A DNA stretch of 64,000 bases from Candidatus Bathyarchaeota archaeon (GCA_025059045.1 JANXEA010000014.1:43569-107568); one strand, 5' to 3'; positions 36,662-45,861 are shown, counted from the stretch's first letter. Made by a program: numbers and translations. Notes: generated by a model not told the origin, from the sequence alone.

Positions 36662-36793
36662 ATGAGCCTATGCTCCAGATATCTCCTTGACTGCGGACAT
36701 GAAATAGTGGCGGTGACCCCGCTGCGCAGAGACAGCCACACCTACTGCCACGTATGCAAAAAATACGTTAAAGTTCTGAGAGAGCTAAGGTAG
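36662..36793 (+). CDS. Possible 43-aa Cys/His-rich small protein (below the ORF-track cutoff)
   Basis: My translation is MSLCSRYLLDCGHEIVAVTPLRRDSHTYCHVCKKYVKVLRELR. It carries a C-x6-C-x-H ... C-H-x-C pattern. It overlaps the 3' end of the convergent wHTH gene by 26 nt. There is no clear Shine-Dalgarno sequence. Confidence 0.2.
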   Translation: MSLCSRYLLDCGHEIVAVTPLRRDSHTYCHVCKKYVKVLRELR

Positions 36794-37097
36794 ATTCCCT
36801 ACCCGAATTGATGATCGTTGAATTCGGCATATCAACGGCACGTTTAAACAGAACGTATTCCTTCAGCTCCTCAAATGCTGAGAGGACTTCAAACCCCCTC
36901 GATGTTAACTTGTATCCTCTCCCCTTTTCACTTGACCTAGAAGGTTTCAATATGCCTTGGGATCTAAGGAGACTTAAATATTTCTTAAGGAGCAAAGGTG
37001 AGAGATTCAAGGTTTTTTCTAGATGAGCAAAATCTCTTTCCCTCTGTATCTCACGCATAATGTCTAGGCATGTTTCAACCTTATAACATTCTCTCAT
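36768..37097 (-). CDS. Winged helix-turn-helix DNA-binding protein
   Basis: 109 aa. The segment 'LSPLLLKKYLSLLRSQGILKPSRSSEKGRGYKLTSRGFEVL' fits the wHTH recognition helix plus wing pattern. Confidence 0.5.
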   Translation of the reverse strand: MRECYKVETCLDIMREIQRERDFAHLEKTLNLSPLLLKKYLSLLRSQGILKPSRSSEKGRGYKLTSRGFEVLSAFEELKEYVLFKRAVDMPNSTIINSGRESTLALSEL

Positions 37098-37333
37098 AAG
37101 ATTTCGTTAAAATATTAGCCACACCAACATTAAAGCCATTATGAATTTACAATTCATTTTACGACAGCATATATGGCAGAAGAAAATGAGAAATGATGAT
37201 ACATTGGATCTCCATCTGGCCGAAGGCAGAGCAGAGTTTTCTCATCCGGATAAATTATTGAGGTAAAACAATGTTTAAGTGAAAAGGACTATCTGAAAAT
37301 ATTGGAGACAACCGTGATTATGCGTGGAATAAT

Positions 37334-38347
37334 ATGGATAGAGTAAAAAGCGGATTCGATCTTAACGAGGAGAGGCTGCGTGAGGAGGTTAACAAGAGGG
37401 GGGCGAAGAGGGTTCTTCTTCAGCTACCGGACGGCCTTAAGAGTGAAGGGCCAAGATTGGCTTCAATCATTGAAGATGCTGGCGCCATTGCAATAATATC
37501 GGGCGATCCATGTTATGGCGGCTGCGATCTGGCCCTGCATGAGGCTCGCGCTCTCAAGGCAGATCTCCTTATCCATTATGGGCACACCAGGATGATAGAA
37601 ATAAAAGAGGCTGATGTTCCTGTCCTTTATTTTGAAGCTAAGGCCACAGTTGATATATTGCCAGCCATTAGAAAGGCGCTTAATCTCCTCAAGCCATGGA
37701 CGAGAATAGGATTGGCCACAACCGTTCAGCACGTTGACAGGATTGAAGGGGCAAAGAGGGTCCTTGAAGATGCTGGAAAGATCGTGTACATTGGAAGAGC
37801 GGGACATATGAGTTATCCAGGGCAAGTCTTAGGCTGCGACTACAGCAGCGCCAAGATCATCACAGACAAAGTTGACGCCTTCCTGTTTATAGGCGGAGGA
37901 AGATTTCATGCATTAGGCTTATGCCTCGTAACCAAGAAACCAATCGCAGTTGCGGATCCCTACGAAAATCGCGCGTACCTATTGAGTGATGAGTGGAAGG
38001 AGATTATGAAGAGACGTTGGGATGAGATATATAGAGCGAGGAGAGCGGACAGTTTCGGCGTGATTGTTGGGCTGAAGATGGGGCAATGTAGAATGGATGC
38101 CGCCCTCAAGGTGAAGTATGAGATACAAGAAAGCGGCAAAAAGGCGGCACTTCTCTGTCTACGGGAGATAACCCCGCAGGAGCTAATGCAATTTACAACA
38201 ATTGACGCATTCGTGAATACGGCGTGCCCACGCCTATCTCTAGATGAAACTACATCATTCAGCAAACCGCTCCTCACAGTTGAAGAGGCATATGTTGCGA
38301 TTGGAAAGATTAGCTGGCAGGAATTAATGGAGAAGGGAGTTATTTGA
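37334..38347 (+). CDS. dph2: Diphthamide synthesis radical-SAM enzyme Dph2
   Basis: 337 aa with 'RVLLQLPDGLK' and three-domain Dph2-like repeats with conserved Cys. The Dph2-methylase-Csl4-RpoL context is typical of archaea. Confidence 0.8.
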   Translation: MDRVKSGFDLNEERLREEVNKRGAKRVLLQLPDGLKSEGPRLASIIEDAGAIAIISGDPCYGGCDLALHEARALKADLLIHYGHTRMIEIKEADVPVLYFEAKATVDILPAIRKALNLLKPWTRIGLATTVQHVDRIEGAKRVLEDAGKIVYIGRAGHMSYPGQVLGCDYSSAKIITDKVDAFLFIGGGRFHALGLCLVTKKPIAVADPYENRAYLLSDEWKEIMKRRWDEIYRARRADSFGVIVGLKMGQCRMDAALKVKYEIQESGKKAALLCLREITPQELMQFTTIDAFVNTACPRLSLDETTSFSKPLLTVEEAYVAIGKISWQELMEKGVI

Positions 38348-38373
38348 GACACTCATCGAAGGCCGGGTCTTAG

Positions 38374-39015
38374 GTGATCAGGAAAAAGCGCTTAGAGATT
38401 CTGCTTTCCAAATTAGATCCGATTCCAGAACCGAGACTTGAATGGGAGAGCTATATGCTTGATGCTGGAAGCGCAGCCAAGATCATCTACATCGCATCTT
38501 TTGTATACGGCGACATACGCGGAAAGAATGTGATCGACCTAGGCTGCGGGAGTGGCATACTGGCGGTAGGCGCATCGATAGCTGGGGCGAGATGGGTTGT
38601 TGGAGTTGATGTTGACAAGAAATCTATTGAAGCTGCTAAAAGGAACGCTTCAAAGGTTTCCGCGGACGTCGACCTGGTAGCCGGAGACATAAGTTGCGTA
38701 ACTGGACACTTTGACACAGTACTCATGAACCCTCCTTTTGGAGCGTGGAAAAGAGGGGCGGATGTTTACTTTCTAGAGAAGGCGCTGCAGATCGGCGACG
38801 TCATCTATTCATTACATAAAGGCAGCGAGTCTGTGCGAAACTTTCTCAGCAGCAAAATACCTGATATTGGCGGGCATATTGACAAAGTTTACAGCTTGAC
38901 CATTACCATTAGGCGGACTTTCAGTTTTCATAGGATGAGGCGATACTCGGTTAACGCTGATCTTTACAGGATAATTAGAAAAGCGTCAGATGCAAGGAGC
39001 AAAGCTAATATGTAG
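38374..39015 (+). CDS. SAM-dependent N6-adenine-type methyltransferase (COG2263 / METTL5-like)
   Basis: Motif I 'VIDLGCGSGILAVGA' and motif IV 'NPPFG'. Confidence 0.7.
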   Translation: MIRKKRLEILLSKLDPIPEPRLEWESYMLDAGSAAKIIYIASFVYGDIRGKNVIDLGCGSGILAVGASIAGARWVVGVDVDKKSIEAAKRNASKVSADVDLVAGDISCVTGHFDTVLMNPPFGAWKRGADVYFLEKALQIGDVIYSLHKGSESVRNFLSSKIPDIGGHIDKVYSLTITIRRTFSFHRMRRYSVNADLYRIIRKASDARSKANM

Positions 39016-39072
39016 CGCAGTGTCGTAAAGTAGCGACAGGATGAACAGGGAGTAGGAGAAGGAGTAGGCGAA

Positions 39073-39654
39073 ATGGCCGTCAAACAGCTAGGCAGAGAGA
39101 GCGGCTACTTTGTAACACCAGGGGAGAAGATAGGTGTTATTGAAGAATTTATACCATACTCGGGGACTCAGGTGGATAATGGCATAATACGTTCGACTAA
39201 TGTTGGGTTTGTTCTTCTCGATTTTGCAAACAGGAGGATCTCCGTCTACCCGACTGCACGTAATCACAACATCCCAAAAGTTGGCAGCATAGTTATTGGC
39301 GAAGTCACGGGCGTGCAAAGCTCGATGGCTTTCGTACGCATCTCAAAAGTTGGCCGCAAATTCATATCAGGATCGTTTACGGGGGTTTTGCATATCTCGG
39401 ACGTTAGCTTCAGGTATGCTGAAAACATTCTTGATTGCTTCAGGCTCGGAGATGTGATTCGCGCAAAAGTCATAAGCAACAAGAATCGAACATTTCATCT
39501 CACTACTAAGGGTGACAATCTAGGGGTCATATTTGCTCTATGCTCCCAATGTGGAGGACCACTAGTGCTTAAGGGAAAGATTCTTAGATGCGAATCATGC
39601 AATACATCTGAGAAGCGTAAGATCGCAAATGATTATGGTACGGTCAGCATGTAA
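39073..39654 (+). CDS. csl4: Exosome complex RNA-binding protein Csl4
   Basis: The order is N-terminal domain, S1 domain ('VGSIVIGEVTGVQSSMAFVRI'), then a C-terminal zinc ribbon ('CSQCGGPL...CESCN'). It lies immediately upstream of rpoL. Confidence 0.8.
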   Translation: MAVKQLGRESGYFVTPGEKIGVIEEFIPYSGTQVDNGIIRSTNVGFVLLDFANRRISVYPTARNHNIPKVGSIVIGEVTGVQSSMAFVRISKVGRKFISGSFTGVLHISDVSFRYAENILDCFRLGDVIRAKVISNKNRTFHLTTKGDNLGVIFALCSQCGGPLVLKGKILRCESCNTSEKRKIANDYGTVSM

Positions 39655-39660
39655 AGATAT

Positions 39661-39966
39661 GTGGAGGCGGCGGTCTTGCAGTTAAAGATATTGAAGAGGA
39701 CGCAGAACGAGTTGAAGATTGAGATTGAGGGTGAAGGGCACACTTTATGCAACCTTTTAGAGTCGGTTCTTCTTGAAGACGATTATGTTGAATTTGCGGG
39801 CTATGATATTCCGCATCCGCTGGTTTCGAACCCGGTTATGCTGATAAAGACGAGAAATGGGAAGAGCCCTACAGATGCGGTCAAAGAGGCGGTTGATAAG
39901 ATATTAGAAAGGGGAAGAATGTTGAATGAGAATTTCCTCAAAGCATTAGAGGAATGGAAGAAGTAG
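39661..39966 (+). CDS. rpoL: DNA-directed RNA polymerase subunit L (Rpo11)
   Basis: The segment 'LKILKRTQNELKIEIEGEGHTLCNLL...FAGYDIPHPL' is typical of RpoL/Rpb11. Confidence 0.85.
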   Translation: MEAAVLQLKILKRTQNELKIEIEGEGHTLCNLLESVLLEDDYVEFAGYDIPHPLVSNPVMLIKTRNGKSPTDAVKEAVDKILERGRMLNENFLKALEEWKK

Positions 39967-40050
39967 GTGAAGGATAATTTTAATTATCGCCATATGAGCA
40001 GCAAGTTATTAGGATGGAAAAAAGCCGGGGCCTCTAAGAAAAAAAATCGC

Positions 40051-40461
40051 TCATCTTTCATTCAAATTCTTAGCGGACAGGCGTAGGAGGATGGCAAAAG
40101 CGTCAACTTCCGAATCGCCACTCTCAATTATATTGATAGCTTCCTCAAGATCTACCGCCCCCGACATCCAGCCATATAGTATAATAGATTCCGCGGCATC
40201 TGCTTGCCTGTGCCTATCAGTCCTAGACGGCAAAAACTTTCGAAGGTCAGCCTTACGCAGCGCCGAAGCGAGAACTGAGCTATCCACCTTCCTACCAACC
40301 GGTCTTCCACACTTTTTTGAAAGAGCTAAAGAATAGAGAAAATTGACGAAAGCGTCCCCCAATGAGGCCAGATCCCGATCTTCAAGTACCGCGGATATAT
40401 TCTCATGCTTTGGCGCGAAACTGAAGACTCCTAGTCTACGAGGCTCTGCTCCACTACTCAT
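40051..40461 (-). CDS. Small RNase III-domain-like protein (putative)
   Basis: 136 aa. 'LASLGDAFVNFLYSL' resembles the RNase III signature (ExLGDA) and 'QADAAESIILYGW' resembles the second catalytic block (DxxEAxxGA). There is no dsRBD. Assignment is by motif only. Confidence 0.4.
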   Translation of the reverse strand: MSSGAEPRRLGVFSFAPKHENISAVLEDRDLASLGDAFVNFLYSLALSKKCGRPVGRKVDSSVLASALRKADLRKFLPSRTDRHRQADAAESIILYGWMSGAVDLEEAINIIESGDSEVDAFAILLRLSAKNLNER

Positions 40462-40584
40462 GATAGAATTTTTTCCTAAAGGAAGCTTTTAAGTTTTGGA
40501 TTGAGATATGATGACTTGAGAGTACAAGCATATGGGCCGATAGTATCCCTTAATGTTCCAGCATGTACAGAGGCATAGGTTTAC

Positions 40585-41658
40585 ATGGCGGTGCAGATGA
40601 AGAAAACGATTGTTCTTAAGGTTGACAGCGAAAAACCAGAATTGGACGCGATTAGGATAGCTGCCGATGTTATTCGGAAAGGGGGCCTTGTAGCCTTTCC
40701 TACAGAAACTGTCTACGGTTTAGGGGCAGATGCATTAAATCCGAGAGCCGTAGAAGATATTTACCGGGCAAAGAAGAGACCGTTAGATAATCCCATAATC
40801 GTCCATATAGCAGACGTTCCTGACGTCTATAAAGTCTCTAAGGAGGTCCCCGAGGCAGCCGAAAAACTAATAGACATATTCTGGCCCGGCCCTTTAACAT
40901 TAATCCTCAAGGCATCCGAGATTGTGCCGAGAATCACTACTGGGGGGTTGACAACGGTCGCAATAAGAATGCCTGACTCAAAGATTGCGTTAGCACTAAT
41001 AAGGGAGTCACGTGTCCCAATCGCTGCTCCAAGCGCCAACCTTGCGGGGCGACCGAGCCCAACCCTAGCCGAACATGTTCTCAAAGATCTTGACGGGAGA
41101 ATAGATTTAGTGTTGGATGGCGGGCCCACCAGGGTTGGGGTTGAATCGACTGTTCTGGATTTAATTTCAGATCCGCCGCAGATACTGAGGCCTGGGGGGG
41201 TTCCTTACGAAGAGATAAAGAGAGTTATCGAGAACGTCAGGCTTCATCCAGCCGCCTTGGCTAAAGAGAATGTTCCAGTTGATGTGGCACGCTCGCCCGG
41301 CATGAAGCACAGGCATTATGCGCCGAACGCTAAGCTCATCGTCGTGGAGGGAGATCTTAACGCTTCCTTGAGGAAGGTTCAGGAGCTGGTCAACCATTAT
41401 AAAAGCTTAGGGCTGAAGGTAGGTGTACTCTGCACAGAGGAAAGAACCCAGTGCTTAACTGCCGATACTGTTAAATCATTTGGAAGGCGGGAGGATCTAG
41501 CCGAGATTGCAAGGAATCTTTTTAGGGTTCTCCGTGAATTCGATAAGGATGGAGTCGACGTTATAATAGCTGAAGGTGTTTCGGAGGAGGGTTTGGGACT
41601 CGCCGTAATGAATAGGCTTCGAAAGGCTTCAGGCTTCAATATAGTCAGGGCGGAATAG
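40585..41658 (+). CDS. sua5: L-threonylcarbamoyladenylate synthase Sua5 (YrdC domain plus Sua5 C-domain)
   Basis: Motifs 'FPTETVYGLGADA', 'RAKKRPLDNPIIVH', 'SANLAGRPSP' and 'GMKHRHYAP'. Confidence 0.9.
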   Translation: MAVQMKKTIVLKVDSEKPELDAIRIAADVIRKGGLVAFPTETVYGLGADALNPRAVEDIYRAKKRPLDNPIIVHIADVPDVYKVSKEVPEAAEKLIDIFWPGPLTLILKASEIVPRITTGGLTTVAIRMPDSKIALALIRESRVPIAAPSANLAGRPSPTLAEHVLKDLDGRIDLVLDGGPTRVGVESTVLDLISDPPQILRPGGVPYEEIKRVIENVRLHPAALAKENVPVDVARSPGMKHRHYAPNAKLIVVEGDLNASLRKVQELVNHYKSLGLKVGVLCTEERTQCLTADTVKSFGRREDLAEIARNLFRVLREFDKDGVDVIIAEGVSEEGLGLAVMNRLRKASGFNIVRAE

Positions 41659-42624
41659 TTAAAAATCGTCTTCGGAGACTTCCCCTTCAGCATCCTCGAT
41701 CCCCTTCTCTGTGATGATGAACCTCGCCGAGTTTTCAGGGAGATATGGACTGTCGATAACCCTCGCAACCCTCACACCCTTTGACCCCTTTCTAAGGTAA
41801 ACTCTATGCGTACAGGCATGGGCCATTATATTTCCTCCGGCAGGCCTGTTGGGGTCGCCGAAGAATGTTGAAGGGTTCGCTTGGACTTGATTCGTGATTA
41901 CCACGGCAACATTAAAGGCTTCGGAAAGCCGAAGGATCTTATGCAGGTACTGATTAAGCTTTTGCTGGCGTTCGGCAAGGTTTTCTCTGCCAAGATACTC
42001 GCCGCGGAAATGACTGATCATACTGTCGACAACTATCAGTTTAATGTTATTCTGGGGGCATAATGAGAATAGACTGTCAATCAACAGGCATTGGTGACTG
42101 CTATTATAGGCTCTTGCAACATAAATCCTGCTTGCAACCGCATTTGGATCCAGACCTCTTGCCGATGCAATCTGGTAAACTCTTTCGGGAACAAATGTTC
42201 CTTCAGTGTCTATGAACGCTACATTTCCCCCCAGGCCCCCCTGCTCCGGCGGCAGTTGTGCAGTGACGGAAAGCATTAGGCAGATCTGCGTCTTACCCGA
42301 TCCATATTCACCGATGAGTTCGGTGACGGCTTGTGTCTCGATTCCCCCTCCGAGAATCTCATCAAGTTTTTTGCTTCCGGTCGTGCATCTATTCATCAGT
42401 TTTCTTCTCTCATAGAAGTCTTTGGCAGTCTGGAACTCGACCGCTACTATCTGTCTTGCTGCTTCCTGTATCTTTAGCACTGTATTGAAGCCTATCCCGG
42501 TTTTCTCCATGATCTCTTGCGGGGGTGATACGGCTATAGATTCTATTGTTGAGTAGCCTGCTGCCCTAAGTTTGGATGCGGTTGATACGCCTACACCGTC
42601 TAGAGATTCTATATCCTCAGACAT
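41659..42624 (-). CDS. radA: DNA repair and recombination protein RadA
   Basis: 321 aa with the HhH N-domain ('LDGVGVSTASKLRAAGY'), Walker A 'GEYGSGKTQ' and Walker B 'KLIVVDS'. Confidence 0.95.
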   Translation of the reverse strand: MSEDIESLDGVGVSTASKLRAAGYSTIESIAVSPPQEIMEKTGIGFNTVLKIQEAARQIVAVEFQTAKDFYERRKLMNRCTTGSKKLDEILGGGIETQAVTELIGEYGSGKTQICLMLSVTAQLPPEQGGLGGNVAFIDTEGTFVPERVYQIASARGLDPNAVASRIYVARAYNSSHQCLLIDSLFSLCPQNNIKLIVVDSMISHFRGEYLGRENLAERQQKLNQYLHKILRLSEAFNVAVVITNQVQANPSTFFGDPNRPAGGNIMAHACTHRVYLRKGSKGVRVARVIDSPYLPENSARFIITEKGIEDAEGEVSEDDF

Positions 42625-42626
42625 TT

Positions 42627-42845
42627 TTAATCATACATCCACTCAATATTCTTCGAGGATATTGTCTTCCAGCATTTCTTGCATACTGGAAGCTGCTTTC
42701 CCTTATACATGATGTATAGGGCTATATCTGTGCTTCTGCATTCTCCGTCCCACGGATTTTTGCACACTTCCTCTAAATGTCCCACTGTTCCCTCTACGCT
42801 AAGATTCGCAGCCGCATTGGATTGTGGCCTCTTTCTTCTATTCAT
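42627..42845 (-). CDS. Small Cys-rich (zinc-ribbon-like) hypothetical protein upstream of radA
   Basis: 72 aa with 'CKNPWDGEC ... CKKC'. Its stop lies 2 nt before the radA start codon. Confidence 0.45.
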   Translation of the reverse strand: MNRRKRPQSNAAANLSVEGTVGHLEEVCKNPWDGECRSTDIALYIMYKGKQLPVCKKCWKTISSKNIEWMYD

Positions 42846-42950
42846 TGGTACTGATCGCCTTCCGTGGGAATGTAGAAGTAGAGAGTATATAAGGGATCGG
42901 TGATTTCTGGGGGAGGGGTGGGGCGCAGATATCGACTTCGCTTCCAGGTC

Positions 42951-43247
42951 TTACCCCCTTATTAACTTGATTTTCTGCAAGAATTCAATTATATTTCTCG
43001 CTAATTCATCGTCCAGATTAATTTTGTAGGTCTTGGGTGTGTACGGATATTCTTTGACCATATTCAGTCTTACAAGAGTCTTCAATTGGTTGTCGACGGC
43101 AGGTGTGCGCAGCCCGGTCAGCTTAACCAAAGCGTACTTCGTGAACGCTTGGTTAGGGTTCAGCGCCAGATGTAATATGACTCTGAAAGCGCTTCCTCCT
43201 CCGAGCACATCCTCAAGTTTTTTCCATATATCTTCTTCAGTCTTCAT
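42951..43247 (-). CDS. Small winged-helix (ArsR-like) protein
   Basis: 98 aa with 'RVILHLALNPNQAFTKYALVKLTGLRTPAVDNQLKTLVRLNMV'. Its start overlaps the end of orc1/cdc6 by 11 nt. Confidence 0.5.
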   Translation of the reverse strand: MKTEEDIWKKLEDVLGGGSAFRVILHLALNPNQAFTKYALVKLTGLRTPAVDNQLKTLVRLNMVKEYPYTPKTYKINLDDELARNIIEFLQKIKLIRG

Positions 43248-44415
43248 CAGTCTTCTTCAATTTCTCCATCAAGTTGCTCAAAAATTTGTCAAGGTCCAGG
43301 GCTGAGGCGCCTGAAATCCCGATTTCACTAAGAGACTTCATCTCCACTATTCCTCTGTAGATGAGATCTTGAAGATGTTCCTCAAATTTTTCACAGGGTT
43401 TCATGTTGTATTCTTCGCATAGCATGTTGTAACTGTTTCTGATCTCGCGCAGTCCGACGTATGCCGCCTTACTCGTCCTTAGGCATCGTGCAAGGGAGAG
43501 GAGTATCATTTTTCCATCATTGTCTAGGCTCATTACATCCTCGGTTGTTATGGCCGGGTTTACGCCGCCGTAGACCTTTCGGACATGGTCGGGCAGAATT
43601 TTTCCCACACCCAGATTTTCAGCTAAGTTACCAGAGTAATATAGAAGATCTAGCCCCACCCGGATATCCCCGTTGACGGGCGGATTGGCCGTTATATCGC
43701 ATATGAGATCTAATGTCTCATCATCTATGGCGCCAGGCTTTAATGCTTCGTCCACCCTATCCTGGAGTATGTCTCTTATCTCTTTTCCCTTATATCTTGG
43801 AAAATTGATGACTCCCATGCCGAGGGTTGATTTTTCCGCAGGATCTAGACGATCATGCCACTTGAGTGATCTTGCTATGAAGATTATGCCGATGATGGGT
43901 GAGGGTCTTCCCGGGTCTATCTCAGTTATGCGTGTCAGATCATAGACAAGATGCTCCTTCGGGTTTATTTGTAGGAAATAGTCGATCTCGTCGAAGGAGA
44001 GGATTAGATACTGGTTGTTCACTCTCAGGTATCTAATCAGCTCTCTCATCATCTCCTCCGGGCTTAGGCTTCTTGTCGAGATTTCTGGGGCAACCTTCTT
44101 CACTAAGTTGCCGAATAACACGAATTTTGTGGTTCCTTCAACTTTGCAGTTGATGTAAGCGTGTCTCAAATTGATTCTATCTTTCTTCGCCTGTTGCGTA
44201 AGATGCTCGCCGAACTTTATGGTTGTACATGTCTTTCCGGTTCCGGTGTCACCAATAATCTGAACGAAACGTGGATAAGCGTTATTTATGTCCTTGATTA
44301 AGCCCCCATATATTGAGAGGAGAATGTTTATCTGGTCCTCACGGTGTGGGAGCCTCTTGGGTATATAATGCGGCGAAAGCTTATTCCTATCCTTAAATAT
44401 TAGGCTGCTTGCCAA
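43237..44415 (-). CDS. cdc6: Orc1/Cdc6 replication initiator family AAA+ protein
   Basis: Motifs 'YIPKRLPHREDQINIL', Walker A 'GDTGTGKT' and Walker B 'LILSFDEID', plus a C-terminal winged helix. Confidence 0.9.
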   Translation of the reverse strand: MASSLIFKDRNKLSPHYIPKRLPHREDQINILLSIYGGLIKDINNAYPRFVQIIGDTGTGKTCTTIKFGEHLTQQAKKDRINLRHAYINCKVEGTTKFVLFGNLVKKVAPEISTRSLSPEEMMRELIRYLRVNNQYLILSFDEIDYFLQINPKEHLVYDLTRITEIDPGRPSPIIGIIFIARSLKWHDRLDPAEKSTLGMGVINFPRYKGKEIRDILQDRVDEALKPGAIDDETLDLICDITANPPVNGDIRVGLDLLYYSGNLAENLGVGKILPDHVRKVYGGVNPAITTEDVMSLDNDGKMILLSLARCLRTSKAAYVGLREIRNSYNMLCEEYNMKPCEKFEEHLQDLIYRGIVEMKSLSEIGISGASALDLDKFLSNLMEKLKKTDED

Positions 44416-44577
44416 TTAGATCGATGGATCCTCCTTTCTCAACAGTTATTCTTATTCTTTGCATCTTATAAAGGATGATGAGCCTTCAGAGTTGCACCTA
44501 AATTTATAGGAGCTTGAAAAATTCCATATAGTTGTGCGGAAAGTATAAATTTTAGTTGCTTATACCATTGCCTCATC

Positions 44578-45093
44578 TTGGGGTGCGATGCAGCTGTGGC
44601 GTATAAGTATCTCGCACAGGCTTGGAAGGATCCTGACTCCTCATTTATAAGAGACTTGATGAGGGAGAGGGTTATAGAGTGGCGGAAGGAGCCAGCAATA
44701 ATTAGGATTGAAAAGCCAACTAGAATTGACAGGGCTAGGAGGCTGGGTTATAAGGATAAGCCAGGCTACGTTGTTGTCCGGGTCAGGGTTAGAAGGGCTG
44801 GGATGAGAAAAAAGAGGCCGAGGTCTGGAAGAAGACAGAAAAGGATGGGTGTTGAGAAGTATAAGCTTACTAAGAGTATGAGGCTGATAGCCGAGGAGAG
44901 GGCGGCGAGAAAGTTCCCAAACCTCGAAGTTCTCAACTCTTACTGGGTCTGGCAGGATGGAAAGTATAAGTGGTTTGAGGTTATACTCGTTGATAGAACC
45001 CTTCTGCCCGAGCTCAAACTTGGAAAAGGAAGGGGAAGAGTCTTCAGAGGCTTAACGAGCGCAGGTAGAAAAATGAGGGGCCTTATGGCCTAA
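44578..45093 (+). CDS. rpl15e: 50S ribosomal protein eL15 (L15e)
   Basis: Motifs '[12 protein letters not shown]' and '[24 protein letters not shown]'. The start is uncertain between the TTG at 44578 and the in-frame GTG at 44596, which would give the canonical 'MAYKY' N-terminus. Confidence 0.9.
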   Translation: MGCDAAVAYKYLAQAWKDPDSSFIRDLMRERVIEWRKEPAIIRIEKPTRIDRARRLGYKDKPGYVVVRVRVRRAGMRKKRPRSGRRQKRMGVEKYKLTKSMRLIAEERAARKFPNLEVLNSYWVWQDGKYKWFEVILVDRTLLPELKLGKGRGRVFRGLTSAGRKMRGLMA

Positions 45094-45099
45094 GAATTC

Positions 45100-45567
45100 T
45101 CAGACAATGTAGACAAGGGCTGCTAAAACGCTGCCATGTGAGCCTTCTGGAACCTCGAGGGTTTCAATCCGATATTTTGTGTTATCAAGTTCTATCCCTC
45201 TAACCCTAGCCATCTCAGCAAGCCTTCTCTCAAGCTCCTTCCTCAGGGAAGCCTGATCCATACAACCGTACGCTTCGGCGACCAAGCCGTATCCCTCTTC
45301 CTCGTCTATTCCGTAGGCGATCCCAGCGCTTATTGTCCCCCCAGTTCCCTCAGCAGCAGCCATAACGGCATAAGTGATCGAGCCTACCGGGATCTTTTTA
45401 GGCTTGGTCTCCACGCAGTTCGGCGGAATTATGGAACTTACCCTAACAATATTGCATTCCGACAGTCCAGCAGCCTTCAAGGCAAGGTCAAACGCGTTGA
45501 GTGTTGAGACCTTACTCACAGCCTTGCCGCTTGTCACAAAAAAGGACTTAGGGATCACTTTATTCAC
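45100..45567 (-). CDS. pdaD: Pyruvoyl-dependent arginine decarboxylase
   Basis: 155 aa. 'FFVTSGKA...LNAFDLALKAAGL..NIVRVSSIIPP' includes the Ser-Ser self-cleavage site pattern. Confidence 0.85.
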   Translation of the reverse strand: MNKVIPKSFFVTSGKAVSKVSTLNAFDLALKAAGLSECNIVRVSSIIPPNCVETKPKKIPVGSITYAVMAAAEGTGGTISAGIAYGIDEEEGYGLVAEAYGCMDQASLRKELERRLAEMARVRGIELDNTKYRIETLEVPEGSHGSVLAALVYIV

Positions 45568-45727
45568 CTCTACTCACATGGAGCGGTGTTCATCCCTAAA
45601 ATAATGGAGAATATTAGTTTTGCGATCAATCCGCATAGTGGAACGCGTCAGAATGATGAAACAGTCCAATCCGATAATAAAAAATGCTGAGAAGAATGGG
45701 CATATTGATTGATCTCAAGAGTTTTGG

Positions 45728-45800
45728 TAGCCCGGGGGAGATTCGAACTCCCGTCAGAGGCTCCAGAGGCCCCGATGCTTGGCCGCTACACCACCGGGCT
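45728..45800 (-). tRNA. tRNA-Gln (anticodon CUG); CCA encoded at 45725-45727
   Basis: Reverse complement: AGCCCGG-TG-GTGT-AGCGGCCAA-GCAT-C-GGGGC-CT[CTG]GA-GCCTC-TGAC-GGGAG-TTCGAAT-CTCCC-CCGGGCT-A-CCA. This folds by hand into a full cloverleaf. Confidence 0.85.
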
Positions 45801-45861
45801 TAAATATCAGAATCTATTTGAGCCACTAATTCATAAAATACTTTTCTGTTCTCGCCGCTGC

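Noticed and set aside
44416-44577. An origin of replication in the orc1/cdc6-rpl15e intergenic region.
   Set aside because: The region is only 162 nt and contains a TATA-like element for rpl15e (GGAAAGTATAAATTTT, 44538-44553). By eye I could find no repeated ORB or mini-ORB motifs and no long AT-rich unwinding element.
45653-45690. A C/D-box sRNA-like pair: AUGAUGA at 45653-45659 and CUGA at 45687-45690.
   Set aside because: The boxes span only 38 nt. There are no internal D'/C' boxes and no terminal complementary stem, so it is too short for a canonical archaeal C/D sRNA. Similar isolated UGAUGA-like strings at about 37192 and about 47656 also lack a properly spaced CUGA.
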